A stretch of DNA of 62,252 nt, counting the filler, from Nemertoderma westbladi (lineage: Eukaryota; Animalia; Xenacoelomorpha): NCBI GenBank assembly GCA_032718475.1. It is 3 parts of 3 records of this genome, joined end to end, with 100 filler letters (N's around TTAATTAATTAA, not from the genome) between each part and the next. Parts side by side here need not be neighbours in the genome. Positions count along the whole stretch, not along the records: positions 47,977 to 62,252 come from JAUCBJ010008326.1; 2 more parts are not named here. One strand, written 5' to 3'. Below are positions 60,551 through 62,252 of the stretch, in pieces (within the stretch, counting starts at the first letter, position 1; the number at the start of each line of letters is the position of its first letter). Under the pieces are notes generated by a model, which saw nothing but the letters and a program-made list of their open reading frames with translations, was not told where the DNA came from and ran no database searches. The position numbers were made by a program, and so were the translations under genes.

Positions 60551-61164
60551 ACAATCGGCAGTTGCTCAGATATTTATTAAGAGTTGTCTGTCCCCTTCCA
60601 GTGTGACTTATTACTTGGAAATTATTCCTAACTTTCCCTTCTGTGATCAGTATTCGTATTTCGTTTATTTCACATTTGGCTTCGCGTAATTAACGTTTAT
60701 AATTTTTATTCCAAAATTGTAACATTACACAACGCCGTTAGTATTAACAGCGAGTTGTTATTTAGCACTTTACAACTTTAGAGGACATTACAGCATTGTA
60801 TTGGCCTCAAAAGTTCAAGCAGGTACGCAAAAATGTTAATAACAAACTCTACATAAATTTTGGTTGTGCACAAAACTATTTTTTGTGGCGTTTCGATCAC
60901 TGGGTCACTGAAAAATAGTGGTTTTGAAAATTTAAAGTCGAATTTCACCGATTTCAACTCGTGGAGTAGGCACCAACTTTTTTATTTGGGCTATTCAGTC
61001 ATCTTAGCAACATATTTCAGCCTCAGAATCTTTTCAAATATCGCCAATCTCGCACAGAACGTCGCCAAAATTTGTTAGTCCGGCAAAAAAAACGCACAAA
61101 TTCGTCTAAAAGAGTAAATTATTGGTTTCAGAATAATATGATTGAACTAGAACAGCCAGCCCGC

Positions 61165-62240
61165 TGGCTGAATTTGAAACAGAGATGGTTTCACCTCCCT
61201 CCTCCTTGCTGGGTGAGCCAAAATTTTTATTTTTGCTTTCAATCAATTTTAGCTACAAGTGTTTGAAAAATGTGTCTCCGGCGATATTTCACAGGTCACA
61301 GTCACAGTGCCATCATTCTTCAACCTTATAGTTATTTGATGGTACCAATAGAAAGCTGCCCATGCAAGGATTCCAAATATGTAAAAACATTTGAATTTGG
61401 TTGGGAAATAGCTGAGATATGGGCATTCGAATGTTGCATGTATTTGCTTCCCCCGGAGGCCTTTTATTGTATTTAATAAATACACAATGTTCTAGAACAT
61501 TTTGTTTATTCCATACGTAGTTGGGCAACAATGCAATACCTCTTTAATTATACTATTACGTAGCTATTCATAAATAAACAAAATGTTCTAGAATATGGTA
61601 TTTTTATTTAATAGAATAAAATAGCCTTATGCAGATGCAAAACCATGCAACTTTTGACCGCTCATATCTCAGCTATTTTTCATCGAAATTTAGATTATGT
61701 TACATATTTGGAATCCTTGCATGGTCAGCTTTCCATTAGTACCAACAAAGAGCTATAAGGTAGAAGAATAACTGCGGTGTAACTGGTGTAATATCGCTGG
61801 AGACACTTTTTTTAAACGCTTGTAGCTAAAGATTGAAAGCAAAAATTAAAATTCTGGCTCACCCACGGAGGAGGAGGGAGGTGAAACTACAGTATCTCTG
61901 TTTCAAATTTCATGCAATCTCATTAAGATTTGTAGAAAATTTTTTTTTTTTTTAAATATTACAAAATAGCCTTGTGCTGGTGCAAAACCATGTAACATTT
62001 GAACGCTCATGTCATATCTCACCTATTTTTCAACGAAATTCAGATTGTGTTACATATTTGGAATCCTTGCATGGCCAGAGCTTTCTAATAGTACCAACAA
62101 ATCACAATTAGGTTGAATAATAACTGCGGTGGGATTGGTGTAATATCGACGGAGACACCTTCTTAAACGCTTGAAGCTAAAGAATGAAAACAAAAATAAA
62201 AAAATTTGGCTCACCCAACAGTAGTGGTCGGGAGGTGAAT
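61165..62240. repeat. Fold-back element (~280-bp inverted arms) plus a third tandem arm
   Basis: ~61170-61440 is inverted to ~61630-61910, and ~61965-62240 is a direct copy of the second arm (shared ACATATTTGGAATCCTTGCATGG, GGCTCACCCA...GGGAGGTGAA). Confidence 0.75.
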
Positions 62241-62252
62241 GTAAAAGCTTCT

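Overview
AT-rich, intron- and repeat-rich animal (probably marine invertebrate) genomic DNA, not prokaryotic. Two identical 100-bp artificial spacers (44 N + TTAATTAATTAA + 44 N; 24839-24938, 47877-47976) split it into three pieces whose adjacency is unproven. Piece 1 holds a decayed Transib transposase carrying two RTE-like LINE insertions, a TIR element filled with a 106-bp palindromic satellite, a gypsy fragment, and the 5' exons of a USP-family deubiquitinase cut off at its Cys box. Piece 2 holds two diverged ~2.3-kb repeats, the last nine exons of a minus-strand KY/hillarin-like gene ending in a dynein microtubule-binding-domain-like region, and a THAP/P-element-type transposon with long TIRs and one nonsense codon. 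In that gene a 33-bp unit spanning an exon end plus its splice donor is amplified ~98 times. Piece 3 holds CCDC181 and an intronless HADH bracketed by ~100-bp inverted repeats. Family assignments come from recalled motifs, with no database searches; copy numbers and identities are estimates by eye.
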